DNA of 64,000 nucleotides, from assembly GCA_964016885.1 (NCBI GenBank), contig OZ024761.1, positions 9,982,001 through 10,046,000 of the forward strand, in the 5' to 3' direction. This document shows positions 14,073-27,627 of this stretch, piece after piece (within the stretch, counting starts at the first letter, position 1; each line of letters starts with the position of its first letter). The position numbers were made by a program, and so were the translations under genes. Below the pieces are notes generated by a model. It ran no database searches, was not told where the DNA came from, and saw nothing but the letters and a program-made list of their open reading frames with translations. Origin of the DNA: Eledone cirrhosa. Its lineage: Eukaryota.

Positions 14073-14316
14073 TTAAATAATTAAATTTTAATTGAAAATT
14101 TAATCATCTAATTATTTAAGTGATTACTTAATTCGTCCAAGTTCTTTCGTCACACCCTGTGGCCTTATCGACAATGATATCTCTGTCCCTCAACAACACA
14201 CATTATTTTTCACTACTCAATGGTACACAATATCTGTTTCAACACTCGATTTCACGTCTAGCAAATCGAACGCAAAACGGAATCACACAGTCTCTGTCTT
14301 TCTTTCTTTCTTCATT

Positions 14317-14398
<82 letters not shown>

Positions 14399-14470
14399 CT
14401 CTCTCCCTCTCTCTGTGAGTGATTGTATATATATATAGAGAGAGAGATATAGAGATATAGATATATCTAT

Positions 14471-14637
14471 CGCTGGTTCAATCGAGGGTAACCACAGTAA
14501 GTAAGGTACTCAATACATAGCAGAGTATAACTATTTAATATAGAAATGGCTTCTACGGGACTAGAACTGTTTCATTCGGGAGAAATCATCGGGAATCATA
14601 TGGACTTCCTGATGATTTCTCCCGAATGAAACAATTC

Positions 14638-14639
<2 letters not shown>
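14471..14639 (-). repeat. Dispersed repeat family C with a terminal 34-bp inverted repeat and hammerhead-like core
   Basis: 14562-14595 is inverted at 14606-14639. The body is also found at 20980-21028, 26517-26640 and 52914-53040; it carries CTGATGA-tttc..gaat-GAAAC...GTC but no clear stem I. Confidence 0.65.
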
Positions 14640-14677
<38 letters not shown>

Positions 14678-14816
14678 CGTGTGTGTGTGTATATATATAT
14701 GTATGGTATAAATTCGTTTAGAATTGTCACGATACTGTTTTAAAATAAATTACATCCATCCAAATACATCCATACATACTTGCAAATATGTGTGTGTGTG
14801 TGTGTGTTTGTGTGTG

Positions 14817-14882
<66 letters not shown>

Positions 14883-14975
14883 ACGTGTTTGAATCAAAAT
14901 CCTTCTAAAAACTGAAGATTTGATTTCAAATATAAATTACATATACATATATATTTATGTATATATTTATGTATA

Positions 14976-15017
<42 letters not shown>

Positions 15018-15039
15018 ATATCTATACTTTTCATTTATT

Positions 15040-15087
<48 letters not shown>

Positions 15088-15201
15088 CGTGTGTGTGTGT
15101 GTGTATATAGGGAGAGGTAGTGGGGGAAGTGTTGACAATTTTGACAATTTTAGAGGAATTTATAACTTTCTTTCATTCAGACAGCTAGAATTGATGAGTG
15201 C

Positions 15202-15239
<38 letters not shown>

Positions 15240-15728
15240 GCACTCACTCATACACAGACATACACACACACACACACACAGGCACACAAACACACACACA
15301 TGCACTCACACAAACACACACATACATAGACACAGACACACATACACATACACACACACACACACATACACTGTAAATACGCGCGCACGTGCACGAAGAC
15401 ACACACACACATACACCTTCACGCACTTGTGCGCAGACACGCGAGTGCGTGTGTTTCAGTTCGTGCGTGTGTGTGTGTATGTATTTTTATGTTTGTATCT
15501 GTGCATGTGTGTATGTGCATGTGTATCTGTGTGTATCTGTGCATGTGTGTATGTGCATGTGTATCTGTGTGTATCTGTGCATGTGTGTATGTGCATGTGT
15601 ATCTGTGTGTATCTGTGCATGTGCATGTGTGCATGTGTGTATGTGCATGTGTATCTGCGTGTGTGTGTGTTTGTTGACAAAAAAATTCGCTGTTTATTCA
15701 ATAGCATTTCTTGTTTGTAATATTGTTA

Positions 15729-16420
15729 CACCACCCCACCACCCCCAACAACAACACCACCACCACCACCATCAACACCACCACCACCACCATCACCACC
15801 CAACAACACCACCACCACCACCACCAACATCATCACCACCAACACCACCATCATCACCACCACCACCAACATCATCACCACCAACACCACCATCATCACC
15901 ACCACCACCAACATCATCACCATCAACACCACCACCACCACCATCACCACCCAACAACACCACCACCATCACCACCACCAACATCAGCATCATCATCACC
16001 ACCACCATCACCACCACCAACATCAGCATCATCATCACCATCACCACCACCACGATCATCACCACAACCACCACCACCACCACCATCACCATCAACCAAA
16101 CCACCACCATCACCACCACCATCACCACCACCAACATCACCAACAACATCGCCACCATCAACAACAAACCACGAACAACACCCCCCACCCCCTACCACCA
16201 TCACCATCAACAACACCACCCATCACCCACCGCCACCACCCCATGACCATCACCCCCACCCCCCACCACCGCCACCACCATCACCATCAACAACACCACC
16301 CATCACCCACCGCCACCACCCCATGACCATCACCCCCACCCCCCACCACCGCCACCACCATCACCGTCAACAACACCACCACCATCACCACCACCAACAT
16401 CACCAACAACATCGTCACCC
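15729..16420. repeat. (CAC/CAT/CAA)n compound trinucleotide repeat
   Basis: Direct reading. Confidence 0.85.
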
Positions 16421-16915
16421 CCCCATACCCCCATCACGCCCCCCCCCCCATCTCATTCTCCCCCTCCCTCACCATCAACCATTTAACAAATTGTCACAGA
16501 CGCGCCTGTCGTCTAACGGATGGTTTTAAAACGACGTTTGACAGTATGTGTATGTGTATGTTTTTTTATATATATATGTATGTTTATATGTGTATATATG
16601 GATGTATGTGTATGTGTATATATAGATAGATATATGTATGTTTATATACACATATAAACATGTGTATGTGTGAGTGATGTATATGTGTATGTATATATAT
16701 CTCTGTACGTTTATATGTGTATACATGGGTATATGTGTATGTATATGTGTGTATGAGTATGTGTGTATATGTATTTGTGTATATGAGTATATATATATAT
16801 GTGGGTGTATGTGTATATATGTATCTGTGTATATATGTGTATGTGTATGTACGTATTGACATATTGTATATATATGGGTGTATGAGTATGTGTGTATATG
16901 TATCTGTGTATATGA

Positions 16916-16951
<36 letters not shown>

Positions 16952-16989
16952 GTGTATGAGTATGTGTGTATATGTATCTGTGTATATGA

Positions 16990-17031
<42 letters not shown>

Positions 17032-17438
17032 GTGTATGAGCATGTGTGCATACGTATCTATGCATATCTGTATGTGTATATGTGAGTGTATATGCATGTG
17101 TGAATATGTATGCATATGTCGGTTTCTATGTGAATATGTGTGTATATGTGTAGGTGTGTCTGTGTGTGTGTGTTTATGGTAGCATATGTGTATGTATATA
17201 ACGGTGTGTGTGTGTATCGAGCCCTCTTTGGAATTATATATTGTTTTGCTTTGGGAGGGTCATGTTGCCAATAAAGAATCGTGCTAAACAAATATATATA
17301 TATATATATAAGAGAAGGAGTTTACTAGTCAATTATGAATCAGATAACATAATTGATTTTAATTATTGGTTGACTAATAAAAAAGCCCTGGGTTTTTTTA
17401 ATTATTTATTTTTAGCCGTATCTTGTGGCTTTCATTAT

Positions 17439-17620
17439 GCGGAGGATTGGAAATGTCGGTAGAGAATCGGGGGACATACGTTGTGTCATCGAGCTCAGTG
17501 TTCAAATCCTGTCGAGATTAGCTTTGCAGTTCGTACGTACCGAGTTGATTAGATAATGTACCAGTAATACAGTAGGTTCAATTATATCGACTTCGTTGGC
17601 CCGGTGCCTAAATCAGAAAC
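17439..17620 (+). mobile_element. Diverged family-A SINE
   Basis: Head gcggaggattggaaatgtcggtagag, B box gttcaaatcc, then gtaccagtaatac...ggccggtgcctaaa. Confidence 0.6.
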
Positions 17621-17764
17621 TATTATTGAATTCTTTTCTCTCCGAAAATATAAGAATATCCAGAAGAGAAGGGACTTTCCATTTTTTTTTCGTTGTTTTT
17701 TCGGTTTTTTTAACACCCATCTATCTCTCTATGTATTAATCTATCTATAGATCTACCCCTCCTC

Positions 17765-17846
<82 letters not shown>

Positions 17847-17861
17847 TTATTATATGTACAG

Positions 17862-17976
17862 AAAGGCAAAGTTAATCCCGCCGAGGTTAACTTTGCCTTT
17901 CATCCTTACGGGGTCGATAAAATAAAGTACCAGTAATGTACTGGGTAATTGCTGGCCTTGTGCCAAAAGTAGAAAC
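17862..17976 (+). mobile_element. 3' half of a family-A SINE with a short inverted 5' segment
   Basis: aaaggcaaagttaa...ttaactttgccttt hairpin followed by the SINE body and tail. Confidence 0.7.
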
Positions 17977-18294
17977 AATTATATGTACGGGATCTTCTGA
18001 AACATTTACGGGATCGTCATGTTTATTATTACTGGATTGGCTCCTACATATATATATATATATAATGTAGGAGGTGAGTTTTATTGTAGTACAATAAAGC
18101 ATTGCAGATATCGGATAAGTAGCACTCTACATCTCCTCCTCTTTTTCATCCTCCCCCCCCCCACACACACACCACACACCACCCCCCAATAATTGTTTTC
18201 CTAATATCACACATCAATCTTAAACTACTTTTCATATGTTGATTTAATACTGCACTATTCACAAGTGTTTTTTAACCTTCATATCATGTCTCCC

Positions 18295-18365
18295 TATTTT
18301 ATCTGACGAAAACGCAAATGTCATCGCATGATGATATTTGTTTTTGAAATGCGCATAATAAAATA
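18295..18365 (+). ncRNA. Type-I hammerhead ribozyme motif (well preserved)
   Basis: TATTTTAT-CTGACGA-AAACGCAAATGTCATC-GCAT-GATGATATTTGTTTTT-GAAA-TGCGCA-TA-ATAAAATA. Perfect 8-bp stem I, stem II of at least 11 bp, palindromic stem III ATGCGCAT, AUA site. Confidence 0.75.
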
Positions 18366-18394
18366 CATGGAACTCTTTTAACCATCTTTTGATC

Positions 18395-18486
<92 letters not shown>

Positions 18487-18905
18487 GAGTGTGTGTGTGT
18501 GTGAGAGAGAGGGGGGATAACAAGTTATCTTTTAAGGTAATTCAGTTAGAGGTTTTGAATACTCTGTACTATGGATTTCATTTTCATTTACTTGATTCTC
18601 CGACGTATCTATAGATACCAGTGCCCTGTGTTACATCCTCCAGTATTCCGATGATTTGATCAGAGACACACACTGTATTTAAGGTCGAGTGACACAATTT
18701 CAAGTGATCAGCGGTCTTTAGACTCTTTTGATCAACGAAACAATTGTTAATACTGTAAATAAAACCCATTTTCTACAGCCGACCATGTTATTCTTCACTC
18801 TTTCACTACTATTACTCCAAGAATCACCTGCTTGGGAATTCTCGCAAACTCGCCACCTAACTAAGGAAACTTCTTGTTGAGTCAAACAACGCCTTACGTT
18901 AAAAC

Positions 18906-18951
<46 letters not shown>

Positions 18952-19126
18952 AGAACCAAAAGTCTGTGCATGACTAAAGTAAAATGTACTTTATAGAAGC
19001 TGCAATTGGAACGTAGGAACATGTGTGAGAGAAGAACTGGGGGAAGCGTCCTTGAGCTAGGAGATCCAAGCATTTGAGTCACTGACACGGTTTTATGTAA
19101 TACACACACGTACACACAAACATATG

Positions 19127-19237
<111 letters not shown>

Positions 19238-19870
19238 GTGTGTAGGTATTAAATTATAAAATCCCATTTGAGCTTTGAATTATTCTTCGCCTTATATGGT
19301 TGTATAGTTGTATTATCAAACTATGTGTATATACATATAATACATATATAGGAAAAGAGTTAAGACCCGACGGCAGAGCTCCGGATATATATATATATAT
19401 AGTTAAAAGAATAGAGGTGTAACACACAAGTTATTATATATTGGTAAACGGAATAGAAAATGCTGACAAATTGTTCACAGTTGAAAAATGGTTTAATTAG
19501 GAATAAAAGAGTATTAGTGATTGTATGGGTTAGTATTCAGTTGTGGTTTTAAGTTTTTAAGTTTTTACCGGTTGCGCATTTCTAAATGCTTTTCAAAAAT
19601 AATTTTGAGATAGAGTGTCCGTGCTGTTTGCTCTGATCTGATTAGTTTTGGGAATTCTACCTGTTTTTATGTTAAAAAAGTGGCTCCAGCGTTATTTTTT
19701 TTATTTTTGTGTTGCAAAAATGCTTGTGGTCAAAACAATTTTGATTGGTCGGTAGAGGTCATGTGAATGTAAAAAGTTGATTTTGCGCCAAGACTGTTTT
19801 TATGTTAAAAAAGTGGCTCCAGCAAAAATTCTTGGTCAAAACAATTTTGATTGGTCGGTAGAGGTAATGT

Positions 19871-19933
<63 letters not shown>

Positions 19934-20192
19934 AAGTAGGAACGGGGTTTCAAAATATCATCATTAAGTTTATCCATGTCTGACGCGCGTTATGCGATTG
20001 ATCAGCTCAAGGTACGATCTGCATCGATCGGGCTCCAACTCTGATATCGGTCCCGTCTCTGGTTCCTCTAATGACGGGAGATATTTATGATGAGATGTCG
20101 AGGTATATATATATTATATAAAAAAGCTGATCCATTAAATCTCTATTATGGTACAGAGTATTTCATTCAATACTAACGGATATATACACCCC

Positions 20193-20238
<46 letters not shown>

Positions 20239-20694
20239 ATGTGTTTGTGTGAGTGTATGTGTATATATATATATATATATTGTTCTGCGATGTAATGGGT
20301 GCACGCGTGTGTGTATATGTGCACGCGCGTGTGTGTATGTGAGCACACGTGTGTGTATATGTGCACGCATGTGTGTATATGTGCACGCGTGTGTATATAT
20401 ATATATGTGCACGCGGTTATTTGTGACTATATGTCTATATATATACACATAAGATTAAACCTTCACGTAAAAAACTCATTAAGCAATATGACCTGCATGT
20501 CTGCAGCATGTTTCTATTGCAAGAGTGCACCGTTTACACGTCTGCAGCAATTTGCGTTAGGAATGTATTTTTTCTTTGATAAAAAAAAAATGCACACTTC
20601 GGTATTTCTACTGACTGCATAACAGACGATTGTTGAAAGTTTGCCCTGATGGTGTATGTGTCGTATATGGTGGGGTTGGGGTTGGAGTTGGTCG

Positions 20695-20811
<117 letters not shown>

Positions 20812-20919
20812 GATCTTTAATGCAATGAAATACCTATGACCGTTGGTAAATCACTGATGAGGGACTCATTTTATAACATGCTATCCATGTGCAACCATGC
20901 AGTATTCTTCTCCCCATTT

Positions 20920-20970
<51 letters not shown>

Positions 20971-21105
20971 TATATATATGGCTTCTACAGGACTCGAATT
21001 GTTTCATTCGGCAGAAAACATCAGGAATATATATGTGTGTGTGTGTGTACACTTACACCTTTACATACATATATATATCTGTATATATATGTATTTGTAT
21101 ACACT

Positions 21106-21246
<141 letters not shown>

Positions 21247-21639
21247 GTGTGTGTGTGTGTGTGTGTGTGAAGATTATCTGTAATTTACTTTCACCCAATC
21301 GATACTAACAATTGAAAAGTGTGTATATATACGTATATACGTGTGTAAGAATGTATTTCTATTTCTCTCATAATGCATTTATATTCATGTATATATATAT
21401 ATATACATATATACATATATACATATATATATATACATATATATATATACATATATATATATATACATATATATATATACATATATACATATATACATGA
21501 TGGTGTTTGTGGTATTGGTGATAGTGCTGTAGTGGTAATGGCGATGGTGTTAGTGGTGATGGTGGTGGTGGTAGTGGTGTTTCTGCTGGTAGTAGCAGTG
21601 GTGGTGATGGTAGTTGATAGTTCCGGCGAAGGTAGTGGA

Positions 21640-22685
21640 CCATATATCCGGTGGTAGTAGAAGTGGTAGAGGTGGTAGTAGTGGTGGTAGTAGAAGTGGT
21701 AGTGGTGGTGGTTGTGGATGGTTCCGGTGGTAGTAGAAGTGGTAGTGGTGGTGGTTGTGGATGGTTCCGGTGGTAGTAGTGGTGGTAGTAGAAGTGGTAG
21801 TGGTGGTGGTTGTGGATGGTTCCGGTGGTAGTAGTGGTGGTAGTAGAAGTGGTAGTGGTGTTGGTTGTGGATGGTTCCGTTGGTAGTAGAAGTGGTAGTG
21901 GTGGTGGTTGTGGATGGTTCCGGTGGTAGTAGTGGTGGTAGTAGAGGTGGTAGTGGTGGTGGTTGTGGATGGTTCCGGTGGTAGTAGTGGTGGTAGTAGA
22001 AGTGGTAGTGGTGTTGGTTGTGGATGGTTCCGGTGGTAGTAGAAGTGGTAGAGGTGGTAGTAGTGGTGGTAGTAGAAGTGGTAGTGGATGGTTCCGGTGG
22101 TAGTAGAAGTGGTAGAGGTGGTAGTAGTGGTGGTAGTAGAAGTGGTAGTGGTGCTGGTTGTGGATGGTTCCGGTGGTAGTAGAAGTGGTAGAGGTGGTAG
22201 TAGTGGTGGTAGTAGAAGTGGTAGTGGTGCTGGTTGTGGATGGTTCCGGTGGTAGTAGTGGTGGTAGTAGAAGTGGTAGTGGTGCTGGTTGTGGATGGTT
22301 CCGGTGGTAGTAGTGGTGGTAGTAGAAGTGGTAGTGGTGCTGGTTGTGGATGGTTCCGGTGGTAGTAGAAGTGGTAGAGGTGGTAGTAGTGGTGGTAGTA
22401 GAAGTGGTAGTGGTGCTGGTTGTGGATGGTTCCGGTGGTAGTAGTGGTGGTAGTAGAAGTGGTAGTGGTGCTGGTTGTGGATGGTTCCGGTGGTAGTAGA
22501 AGTGGTAGAGGTGGTAGTAGTGGTGGTAGTTACCGGCAGGAAAATATTTCAGGAGATTCTTCAATAGCGACTGAGATTCCATGTTACATGAAGGATTGGA
22601 ATGTAGAATGGTGTGGGGGGTGGGGTAGGGTTGATGGTGGTGGTAGTGGAGTACGGTGGTGGTGGTGGTGGTAGAGTACGGTGAT

Positions 22686-22717
<32 letters not shown>

Positions 22718-23172
22718 ACGGTGGTGGTGGTGGTGGTAGAGTACGGTGATGGTGGTGGTGGTGGTGGTGGTGGTGGTGGTGGTGGCGGTGGTGGTAGTGG
22801 AGTACGGTGGTGGTGGTGGTGGTGGTGGAGTACGGTGGTGGTGGTGGTGGTGGTGGTGGTGGTGGTGGTGGTGGTAGAGTACAGCGGTGGTGGTGGTGGT
22901 GGTGGTGGTGGTGGTGGTGGTGGAGTACGGTGGTGGTAGTGGTGGAGTACGGTGGTGGTGGTGGTGGTGGTAGAGTACGGTGGTGATGGTGGTGGTAGTG
23001 GAGTACGGTGGTGGTGGTGGTGGTAGTGGAGTACGGTGGTGGTAGTGGAGTACGGTGGTGGTGGTGGTGGTGGTGGTGATGATGGCGGTGGTAGAGTACG
23101 GTGGTGGTGGTGGTGGTGGTGATGATGGTGGTGGTAGAGTACGGTGGTGGTGGTGGTGGTGGTGGTGATGGT

Positions 23173-23204
<32 letters not shown>

Positions 23205-23262
23205 ACGGTGGTGGTGGTGATGATGGTGGTGGTAGAGTACGGTGGTGGTGGTGGTGGTGGTG
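21640..23262. repeat. GTG/GTA-based compound minisatellites
   Basis: Units built on gtggatggttccggtggtagtagaagtggta (21640-22530) and gagtacggtggtggtggta (22630-23262). Confidence 0.85.
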
Positions 23263-23376
23263 ACAGTGAAGTAGAGTGTGTGAGTTAGCAAAGTTTTGTG
23301 GCGAAAATTTCTCAAAAGTTCGATTTTATAGTAGAATATTGACAGCTGGTAGTAGTAGCAGCAGCAGCAGCAGCAG

Positions 23377-23576
23377 NNNNNNNNNNNNNNNNNNNNNNNN
23401 NNNNNNNNNNNNNNNNNNNNNNNNNNNNNNNNNNNNNNNNNNNNNNNNNNNNNNNNNNNNNNNNNNNNNNNNNNNNNNNNNNNNNNNNNNNNNNNNNNNN
23501 NNNNNNNNNNNNNNNNNNNNNNNNNNNNNNNNNNNNNNNNNNNNNNNNNNNNNNNNNNNNNNNNNNNNNNNNNNNN
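23377..23576. other. Assembly gap (200 N)
   Basis: Run of N. Confidence 1.
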
Positions 23577-23781
23577 AAGATAGTAAGAGAGAGAGTTATG
23601 TATATATATATATAGAGAGAGAAAGATAGTGAGAGAGAGAGAGAGTTATATATATATATATATAGAGAGAGAGAGATTTCACTTGGTCAGGTTGTCTTAC
23701 TCTCACACTATACACTACACTATATACTACACCATCATAATCTTAAGGATAGCTATGTGAATGAGTGTGTATATATATATA

Positions 23782-24080
23782 ATCATCATCATTTTACGTC
23801 CGCTTTTCCCTGCTTGCAAGGGTGGGACGGGAACTGATTCTGGCTTGATTTCTACAGCTGGATGCCCTTCCTAACACCAACCTCATTTACAGTGAGTGCT
23901 GGGTGCTTTTTTGCCGTGGCACCTCCAAGACCACTTTGCAGTGGAATGATAGGGACCCCAGCTGAGTAAACTGGAAATAAAGCGTCTTGCTCAAGGAAAC
24001 AACACATCACCTGGTCTGAGAATTGAACTCACAACTTTTCGATTCCAAGGCCAATGCTCTAACCACTAAGCCATGTGCCT
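23782..24080 (-). mobile_element. tRNA-derived SINE, family B (CORE-like segment, RTE-like (ATG)n tail)
   Basis: Minus strand: A box TGGCTTAGTGG, B box GAGTTCAATTC, tgtttccttgagcaagacgctt, ggaagggcatccagctgtagaaa, and tail cggacgtaaaatgatgatg. Confidence 0.8.
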
Positions 24081-24096
24081 ATACATATATATGTAC

Positions 24097-24136
<40 letters not shown>

Positions 24137-24180
24137 CATCGTGATGATGATGATGATGATATATATATATATATATATAT

Positions 24181-24719
24181 CAGAAAGTACAATAACTAGG
24201 GTAAGAACGGGATGGAAGAAGTTTAGGGAACTACTACCACTGCTAGCTGCAAAAGGCTTCTCCCTCAGAATGAAAGGCAGACTGTATGATGCGTGTATCC
24301 GAACAGCGATGTTGCATGGTAGTGAGACCTGGGCGCTGAAGGTGGAAGACTTACGTAGATTAGAGAGAAACGAAGCCTGCATGCTCCGATGGATGTGTAA
24401 CAGTAATATACGTGAACGACAAAGCATAAAGGAATTGAGAGAGAGACTGAGCATAAGAGGAATCAAATGCTGCGTGCAGGAGAGGCGGTTACGCTGGTAT
24501 GGACATGTGATGCGTATGAAGGATGACAGCTGCATAAAAAGGTGCAGAGCACTAGAAGTTGATAGAAACCGCGGAGTGGGGAGACCCAAGATGACTTGGG
24601 ATGAGGTGATAAAAGCCGACCTTACCCAACTACACCTCTCAAAGTCAATGACACACGACCGTGACTTCTGGCGTCACGCAGTAATACAGGGTACCCGACC
24701 TCCCATGGGTACATGCTGA
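24181..24719 (+). mobile_element. 5'-truncated RTE (Bov-B-like) LINE, ORF2 C-terminus
   Basis: RVRTGWKKFRELLPLL...AMLHGSETW...RRLRWYGHVMRM...GRPKMTW...DRDFWR; preceded by (TA)n. Confidence 0.9.
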
Positions 24720-24764
24720 AGCATATAAACAATATGCCCCCCCCCCCTCCACCGCAAGGTGGCC

Positions 24765-25021
24765 GTGGAGGTGCCACGGCAAAAAAGCACCCAGCCCACA
24801 CTGTAAAGTGGACGTGTAGGCGCCACGAAAAAGCACCCAGCACTCACTGTAAATGAGGTTGGTGTTAGGAAGGGCATCCAGCTGTAGAAATCAAGCCAGA
24901 TCAGTTCCTGTATGAGCAAGGCATGGTCAGCCGACCAGACACTGCCCACAACAGGACAACCCGTCTAACCCATGCTAGCGTGGAAGAACGGACGTAAAAC
25001 GGTGATGATGATGATGATGAT
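24765..25021 (+). mobile_element. Family-B SINE 3' part with (GAT)n tail
   Basis: gttggtgttaggaagggcatccagctgtagaaa...aacccatgctagcgtggaagaacggacgtaaaacggtgatgatgatg. Confidence 0.75.
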
Positions 25022-25062
25022 GTACATATACAAAATATATATATATATATATACACATATTT

Positions 25063-25110
<48 letters not shown>

Positions 25111-25241
25111 AAGGTTATATTTAATTTGTTGGGATTCAACAAGCTTAAAAGTTTTATAACTGATATAAAGCACTCAACAGGATTTTTGGAGTAAATATTC
25201 AATATATTTATAAATGGAAACTATATTTATAAAACCATAAT

Positions 25242-25307
25242 TATTTTATTATATATATTTCAAGGGCAACCAAGGCAAATTTTGGTGCGCTTTCATCAGA
25301 TAAAATA
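25242..25307 (-). ncRNA. Type-I hammerhead ribozyme motif in family-D element (25110-25340)
   Basis: TATTTTAT-CTGATGA-AAGCGCACCAA...TTGGTTGCCCTT-GAAA-TATATA-TA-ATAAAATA with a perfect 8-bp stem I. Confidence 0.7.
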
Positions 25308-25562
25308 CAAAATTTGTTTTATAAATGTTGACATACCCGCAGAACGGCAACCTTGACGGTTGAAGGTTCTCTGGATAGATATATATACATGTATATAGTG
25401 TGTAGATATATATACATGTATATAGTGTGTAGATATATATACATGTATATAGTGTGTAGGTGGTTCTGGGAATTACACGTTTTAAAAACTCTATGCACAG
25501 GCAGAGTGTATTTATATATTTTTTGTTATATATCATACAAACACACACACACACACACACGC

Positions 25563-25607
<45 letters not shown>

Positions 25608-25757
25608 GTTTATTTATACTGATCGAAAGTACCAAGCTACAAGATCAACTGTAATAAACAGTTAACCTGTAATATGGTATTGAGTACTTCCCCCGCATGT
25701 TCGTGTGTATTCGGCTCATTCAATAAACTCATATCTATTTAAATACATTATATTACT

Positions 25758-25864
25758 AAAATCCTGCCGAGGTTAACTTTGCCTTTCATCCTTACGGAGT
25801 CGATAAAATAAAGTACCAGTAATATACTGAGATAATTGCTGGCCTTGTGCCAAAAGTAGAAACA
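25758..25864 (+). mobile_element. 3' half of a family-A SINE
   Basis: aaatcctgccgaggttaactttgcctttcatccttacggagtcgataaaataaagtaccag...gtgccaaaagtagaaac. Confidence 0.75.
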
Positions 25865-26707
25865 ATTATATTACTAAAAACTAACGAAGAAAAATAAGGT
25901 GGGTAATATGATAAAGAATGGAGGAAAAGGGGGGGTTAGAAAGATCCTTGTACTCTATCACGCCCCCACAAACGAGGGGCTTCGGAATTTATCATATTTG
26001 CATCATGGAAGTTGTCTCCCTTTGACGCGGCTATGAATTAAGAGCTACTGTGATCGAAGTAATTAACTGGTGTTCATGGTTGGCCCTAGTCGTGCAAATC
26101 TATTTTGTGATCAAAGACAATCCGAAATTGACCATCATTATCTAAGGAATTTTTGACAATAGTTCTCGAAAGAAGAAAACGAAAATATCTCGTCTGATTC
26201 ATAGGATTTATTGCTTATGTGCGCACACACACACACACATACACACATATATATATATAGTAATAATAATAAATTTGAAGACTAAAATCCAAAGAGGGCT
26301 CGATAAGGATAAATATATATCAAATATATAAGAACCGTAGAGCAAATATTTATTAAAATAACAGATTAAAGTTTAAGCAAAGAATCGCTGCTCTCACCCT
26401 TAACGGGATCTTCTGAAACTAACAAATATTATATATATTATATATATTATATATATTATAAATATTATATATATTCTGAAACTAACAAATATGATATATA
26501 TATATAATATTTAATGTAGGATGATTTCCTTCGAATGAAACAGTTCTAGTCCCGTAGAAGCTATTTCTATGTTAAATCTTGTGTATATTCTACTATGTAT
26601 TGAGAACCTTACTGTGGTTACTCCTGATTGAACTCAGGACACACACACATATATTGGGACTGGAGTCAAAGTATATATATAACTGTCAACAGCCCAATAT
26701 ATATATA

Positions 26708-26893
26708 GGGCGGTGAATTGGCAGTATCGGTAGAGGGTCGGGTGCCATGCTTTGCAGCACAGTTACGTCCCTTTACGGACTGAGTTCAAATCCCGCCGGG
26801 GTTAACTTTGCCTTTCAACCTTACGGGGTCAATAAAATAAAGTACCAGTAATACACTGAGATAATTGCTGGCCTTGTGCCAAAAGTAGAAACA
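26708..26893 (+). mobile_element. Full-length family-A tRNA-derived SINE
   Basis: A box TGGCAGTATCGG, B box GAGTTCAAATCCC, conserved body; flanked by TA tracts and a 15-bp inverted repeat. Confidence 0.85.
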
Positions 26894-26989
26894 AATATAT
26901 ATATATAGGGCTGTTGACAGTTAAGTGTCTTGAGTATAGACACAATACACTGTGGTACCTACTTACAGCTAGGTGGACTGGACTGTTTA

Positions 26990-27210
26990 ATATTCATTTT
27001 CCATGCTTGCATGGGCTAGAAGTTTGTCAAGTTATGTGACTAGCCAAGTGAGGTGACCATGTCTTGCTCATACGGATCTGTTTTTGGCTGGGTTTTCCTT
27101 GGCTTGATGCCCTTCCTAATACCACATTATAGTGTATACTGGGGGCATTTTTTGTGGCACCACCAATACAACTTTACAGGCTAGACTGGGTGCTTTTCGT
27201 TGTGGCACCA
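26990..27210 (-). mobile_element. Diverged family-B SINE fragment
   Basis: ttttccatgcttgcatggg...gatgcccttcctaatacc...gtggcacc. Confidence 0.6.
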
Positions 27211-27224
27211 TGACAACTATTTAA

Positions 27225-27445
27225 CCCTTTAGCATTTAAACTGGCCATATTTGGCCAGAATTCTCTCACCTCTTTCTGTTGAAACTGGCTATAACTGGCC
27301 ACTCATACTGATGTTAAGGTATTGTTCTCAAAATAAAAAATATCAAAATCTCATAGATTCAATATTATGTGAGATAATTATGTGAGGTAAAGCCTTTACC
27401 ACAAAAATACAATAGTAAATATAGAGTAACGTAAATGCTAAAGGG
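27225..27445 (+). mobile_element. piggyBac-type MITE (TTAA target-site duplication)
   Basis: TTAA-CCCTTTAGCATTTA...TAAATGCTAAAGGG-TTAA: 14-bp TIRs, ~220 bp, non-coding. Confidence 0.85.
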
Positions 27446-27621
27446 TTAACAGGGTGGATGGGTGCTTTTTTGTCATGGCACCCGTGTCACCACCTTACAA
27501 GGTAGACTGGATGTTTTTCCTATCCATGTATTAAATACAAGTATTAACTTATCAAATATGATTATCAAGTAGAAGCTAAAAAGTTTAAAATAAAATGTTA
27601 AAAAGGTATGAGGAAGTGTAG

Positions 27622-27627
27622 CCTTAC
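27622..27627 (-). other. Splice donor (phase 2) ending the zinc-finger exon
   Basis: Minus strand AAG|GTAAGG matches the 5' splice consensus and interrupts a zinc finger after its two Cys. Confidence 0.85.

Noticed and set aside
15711-16529. His/Pro-rich 272-aa ORF
   Set aside because: (CAC)n microsatellite.
20851-20880. CTGATGAG box (similar isolated boxes at ~3850 and ~48825)
   Set aside because: No properly placed GAAA/UH with pairing stems, so not counted as hammerheads.
21368-23315. Mucin/extensin-like Pro/Thr/His-rich ORFs
   Set aside because: Minisatellite translations with mixed-frame content. The short unique stretch at 22531-22620 lacks convincing exon features.
26708-26795. Possible tRNA genes at A/B-box motifs (also ~24000-24080)
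   Set aside because: No complete cloverleaf; the boxes continue into multi-copy SINE bodies.
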